From assembly GCA_964247135.1 (NCBI GenBank), contig CAXTTL010000082.1, positions 1 to 18,424 of the forward strand: a stretch of 18,424 nucleotides of DNA, written 5' to 3'. The stretch is from an uncultured Deinococcales bacterium. GTDB lineage: Bacteria > Deinococcota > Deinococci > Deinococcales > JAAFIG01. Below the pieces are notes generated by a model that did not search any database, was not told the DNA's origin, and worked only from the letters and a program-made list of their open reading frames with translations. The position numbers were made by a program, and so were the translations under genes. This document shows positions 15,650-18,424 of this stretch, piece by piece; position 1 is the first letter of the stretch; every line of letters begins with the position of its first letter.

Positions 15650-16042
15650 ACGTTCAAATTCCAGGTTTGGATTGGGTTGAAGGCTCGAGTCGGTTTTGAG
15701 CATACACAGCACTTCGATCACAAAGTTTCCAGGGCATTTAAAGTAAAACGTCCATGAACCATGAAATTTGTGTGGTTCTTCAGCTTGAACACCATCGGCT
15801 GTCAGGCGTTGATACAACTCGTTGACTCGAGTTTGGTTTTCTTGAACAAAGCCAACATGAAACGATGCTGGGTAACTGACGGCATCGCCTTTGAAGATGT
15901 TGACAATCATGCCGTTTTCGTCGCTTAAAAGTGCCATGTGAGGATTGGCTTTTTTGAGGGCTTGGAGTCCAAAGTATGTTTCCAAAAATGTTGAGGTCAC
16001 AAGGACATCTTCGACGGTCAAATTGATGTGGTTGAGTTTCAT
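15623..16042 (-). CDS. VOC/glyoxalase-family protein (139 aa)
   Basis: Start moved to 16042 (SD AAAGGAG). Motifs MKLNHINLTVEDV, FHVGF and FYFKCPGNFVIEV. Confidence 0.85.
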   Translation of the reverse strand: MKLNHINLTVEDVLVTSTFLETYFGLQALKKANPHMALLSDENGMIVNIFKGDAVSYPASFHVGFVQENQTRVNELYQRLTADGVQAEEPHKFHGSWTFYFKCPGNFVIEVLCMLKTDSSLQPNPNLEFERSTARHSAA

Positions 16043-16073
16043 TTGAGTCTCCTTTGAGTGTGCTCGAGTGGTT

Positions 16074-16268
16074 TTAGACCAGTTGTTTTGATGCTCGAGG
16101 CTCGAGTTCTGGCTCGAGTTTTCGCGCCCAGGCTTGCAGGGTTTGCGCGAGTTGGTGTCGCCAAGAAACGTTGGCATTGCGAAGTTGACGGTGCGTGTCT
16201 GCATCGTGCAGGAGTTGCTCAATGTGTTCTTGCTTGATGATTTGTATCCACTGCATTTGGTTGTCCAT
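16074..16268 (-). CDS. Small hypothetical helical protein (64 aa)
   Basis: Strong SD CAGGAGG and a near-consensus promoter directly upstream; amphipathic helical sequence. Confidence 0.7.
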   Translation of the reverse strand: MDNQMQWIQIIKQEHIEQLLHDADTHRQLRNANVSWRHQLAQTLQAWARKLEPELEPRASKQLV

Positions 16269-16287
16269 GTTCCTGCCTCCTGAAAAT

Positions 16288-16317
16288 ACTATAAAGTATA
16301 ATATTATAATTTGTCAA
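16288..16317 (-). promoter_or_regulatory. Sigma70-type promoter with palindromic operator
   Basis: TTGACA (16317-16312), 18 nt, TATAGT (16293-16288). The spacer is covered by the 20-bp dyad AAAGTATAATATTATAATTT (16293-16312, one mismatched pair). Confidence 0.7.
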
Positions 16318-16448
16318 GTTTGATTTTCGTTTTAAGTCATAATACTTATTTTTTAGCTCAAAAAAGAAATCTGAGATAACCAAATTGAATTACCCCGCAC
16401 TCGAGTACAACCGCCCCTCGAGACTCAAACCGAATTTCAAATGGGCGG

Positions 16449-16460
16449 TATACTCGAGCC
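16449..16460 (+). promoter_or_regulatory. Candidate leaderless promoter of trpS: TATACT-CGAGCC-GTG
   Basis: Near-consensus -10 box 6 nt before GTG 16461, no SD, overlapping CTCGAG. Confidence 0.7.
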
Positions 16461-17477
16461 GTGAAACGTGTTTTTTCGGGCATTCAACCAACCGGCGACT
16501 TGCACATCGGCAATTACTTGGGCGCGATTCGCAACTGGGTCAAAATAGGCGAACAGATCGGCAAAGACGCGATTTTTTGCATCGTGGATTATCATGCCAT
16601 CACCATTCCGCACGACCGCGAACTGCTGGCACAACGCACCTTCGACGCGGCACTGGCGAACATGGCGGCAGGCTTAGACCCGAACAAAATTGTGCTTTTC
16701 GCACAATCACATGTGCCAGAACACCTCGAGCTTGGCTGGGTTTTCAGCACCCAAACTCCCTTGGGCGAACTCGAGCGCATGACGCAATTCAAAGACAAAT
16801 CCGAGCAGCACAGCGTGCTGGCGGGCTTATTGATGTATCCAGTTTTGCAAGCTGCCGATATTTTGCTCTACAAAGCCGATACTGTTCCTGTCGGCGAGGA
16901 TCAAATTCAGCACATCGAACTCACTCGAGAAATCGCACGGCGTTTTAACGCCAAGTTCGCCCCCGAAAATCCCGTATTCCCCGAACCCAAAGCCAGCATC
17001 GACAAAAGCGCCGCTCGGGTGCCTGGTCTGGACAATTCGGGCAAGATGAGCAAATCCAAAAACAACACGCTCGAGTTGCTCGAGCCTCAAGCGGCGCTCT
17101 GGGAGAAAATTCGGGTTGCGCCCACCGATCCCGCTCGGGTGCGCCGCAATGATCCTGGAACGCCCGAAAAATGCGTGATCTACTCGTATCACAAGCTTTT
17201 CTCGAGTTTGGACATGATTCAGGAAGTGGACACGGGTTGTCGCACTGCTGGCATTGGCTGTATCGACTGCAAAAAACGCCTGATGATCGGATTGATGGAA
17301 ACCCTCGAGCCGATTCAAGCTCGCGCCGCTCACCTTCAAGCCCACCCGCATGAGGTCACCGATGCGCTCGTGTCTGGCGCAGAACATTGCCAGAAGATTG
17401 CCAAAGAAACCATGCTCGAGGTTCGTGACGCCATCGGTTTACTCAGACCAAATTCCATCCGTCCTGCCGCCCAATGA
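16461..17477 (+). CDS. trpS: Tryptophan--tRNA ligase (338 aa)
   Basis: FSGIQPTGDLHIGNYLGA (HIGH), YPVLQAADIL, VPVGEDQIQH and KMSKS. Confidence 0.97.
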   Translation: MKRVFSGIQPTGDLHIGNYLGAIRNWVKIGEQIGKDAIFCIVDYHAITIPHDRELLAQRTFDAALANMAAGLDPNKIVLFAQSHVPEHLELGWVFSTQTPLGELERMTQFKDKSEQHSVLAGLLMYPVLQAADILLYKADTVPVGEDQIQHIELTREIARRFNAKFAPENPVFPEPKASIDKSAARVPGLDNSGKMSKSKNNTLELLEPQAALWEKIRVAPTDPARVRRNDPGTPEKCVIYSYHKLFSSLDMIQEVDTGCRTAGIGCIDCKKRLMIGLMETLEPIQARAAHLQAHPHEVTDALVSGAEHCQKIAKETMLEVRDAIGLLRPNSIRPAAQ

Positions 17478-18235
17478 CACCACCAATACTCGAGCCTCAA
17501 GATACTTTCGATATCACCTTCATTGCCCGTTTTGAGGGTTTTGAAGGCACGTTGCTCGAGCTTGCAGCCGCCCTTCGCGCTGGAAAACTTGAACCCGTTT
17601 TTGTGCCGCTCCTCGAGTTGACCCGCGCTGTATTGTTGCGCTTTGAGAATTTTCGCACCGAACTCGAGATTCTCAGCATCGGCAGCCTGGACTTGGCTTC
17701 CGAAGCCCTGCCGCACCTGGCTGGCGTGATCGAACTCAAAGCGCGGTTGTTGCTTCCGCGTCCCATCAAAGCCCATCACGAAGACGCCGATGAAATCGAT
17801 GCCTCACTCCAGGATGTGCTCTCAGGCGTCGAAGCCCTCGCTCAACTCGAGGGTGCAATCTCGTTCTTGCGTGACCGCCGCAAAGAGCGCTCGAAAATGC
17901 TGATCGCCAGCCCTGTGCCCATCAACCTGCCCCGCAAGATGCGACCGCTCACCCAAAGCATCGGTGATCTGGTTGATGCCGCCAAACGCCGCGTGCGCGA
18001 AGTCAACCTTTTCGACCTCGCCCATGACCGCCTCACGCTTCCCCAAGCCCTCGAGCGTCTGCGTGTGTTCAGCCAAAAACTCAAAAAATTCTTCTTCTCC
18101 GAGATTCCAGCCCAAGACTGGGGTGAACGCACCGTTCTGTTCAGCGCCATGCTCGAGGGTGTTCGCGCTGGGGAACTAAAGGTTGAACAACCTGAGATTT
18201 ACGGCGCAATCGAAATTCAACAGACCGTGAATTGA
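17474..18235 (+). CDS. scpA: Segregation and condensation protein A (kleisin, 253 aa)
   Basis: FEGTLLEL N-terminal motif, IELKARLLLP, and C-terminal FSAMLE..GELKVEQPEIYGAIEI. ATGA overlap with trpS. Confidence 0.88.
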   Translation: MTPPILEPQDTFDITFIARFEGFEGTLLELAAALRAGKLEPVFVPLLELTRAVLLRFENFRTELEILSIGSLDLASEALPHLAGVIELKARLLLPRPIKAHHEDADEIDASLQDVLSGVEALAQLEGAISFLRDRRKERSKMLIASPVPINLPRKMRPLTQSIGDLVDAAKRRVREVNLFDLAHDRLTLPQALERLRVFSQKLKKFFFSEIPAQDWGERTVLFSAMLEGVRAGELKVEQPEIYGAIEIQQTVN

Positions 18236-18348
18236 AGACTGCGGGTATTCTCAAACAGCCAGTCATCATGCCATCAGTTGCCCTCGACATTTTCAAGAAA
18301 ACAAAGTCCAGAACAAGAATTGCTGCCCCTCAAGAATCCACCAAAGCT

Positions 18349-18388
18349 CCCTTCTCTCCCAGGAGAGAAGGGTCGGGGATGAGAGGGG
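18349..18388 (+). repeat. REP-like palindromic element
   Basis: CCCTTCTCTCC-CA-GGAGAGAAGGG inverted repeat followed by the G-rich tail TCGGGGATGAGAGGGG; no U tract. Confidence 0.55.
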
Positions 18389-18424
18389 ACAAGTGCAATT
18401 GCTGCCTTTTGTGTAAGCACGAAC

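Larger units (their letters stand above)
104..18157. repeat. Highly iterated palindrome CTCGAG dispersed through the window (~140 copies)
   Basis: Line-by-line manual count gives about 140 copies (first 104-109, last 18152-18157), roughly 1 per 130 bp against about 1 per 4 kb expected for a 6-mer near 50% GC. Confidence 0.95.

Noticed and set aside
16293-16312. Firm call of a PerR/Fur box
   Set aside because: Half-sites are arranged 7-0-7 rather than the 7-1-7 of PerR/Fur boxes; kept only as an unassigned operator.
16380-16460. T-box riboswitch upstream of trpS (AATGGGCGGTATAC loosely resembles the T-box sequence)
   Set aside because: It lacks the UGGN bulge needed to pair with tRNA NCCA, there is no room for stem I or a terminator, and the geometry fits a leaderless promoter.
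104-18157. CTCGAG copies as a CRISPR array, tandem repeat or XhoI cloning/concatemer artefact
   Set aside because: Spacing is irregular, the core is only 6 bp, and reading frames and conserved protein motifs run intact through the sites.

Overview
An 18.4-kb, gene-dense chromosomal segment with no mobile element, RNA gene or CRISPR array. The source is probably a Deinococcota bacterium; this is inferred from the trpS-scpA linkage, several leaderless-type genes and the GNAT/DinB content. Genes in order: dinB-like; a minus-strand operon of RIO1-type kinase, Pol-beta-type nucleotidyltransferase and five tandem double-GNAT acetyltransferases, preceded by small upstream ORFs; an NfeD-like/flotillin pair; PAS-GGDEF-EAL; DUF1801; DUF4139; MerR-GyrI; exported BCP/PrxQ peroxiredoxin; VOC protein; a 64-aa protein; trpS; scpA. 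The strongest signal is not a gene: the palindrome CTCGAG occurs about 140 times by manual count, against 4-5 expected. It appears in all reading frames and is denser between genes, like a highly iterated palindrome (HIP). It is also built into functional elements: it overlaps the -10 box of three apparently leaderless genes (TANACT-CGAGSC-start) and forms the stems of both clear terminators.
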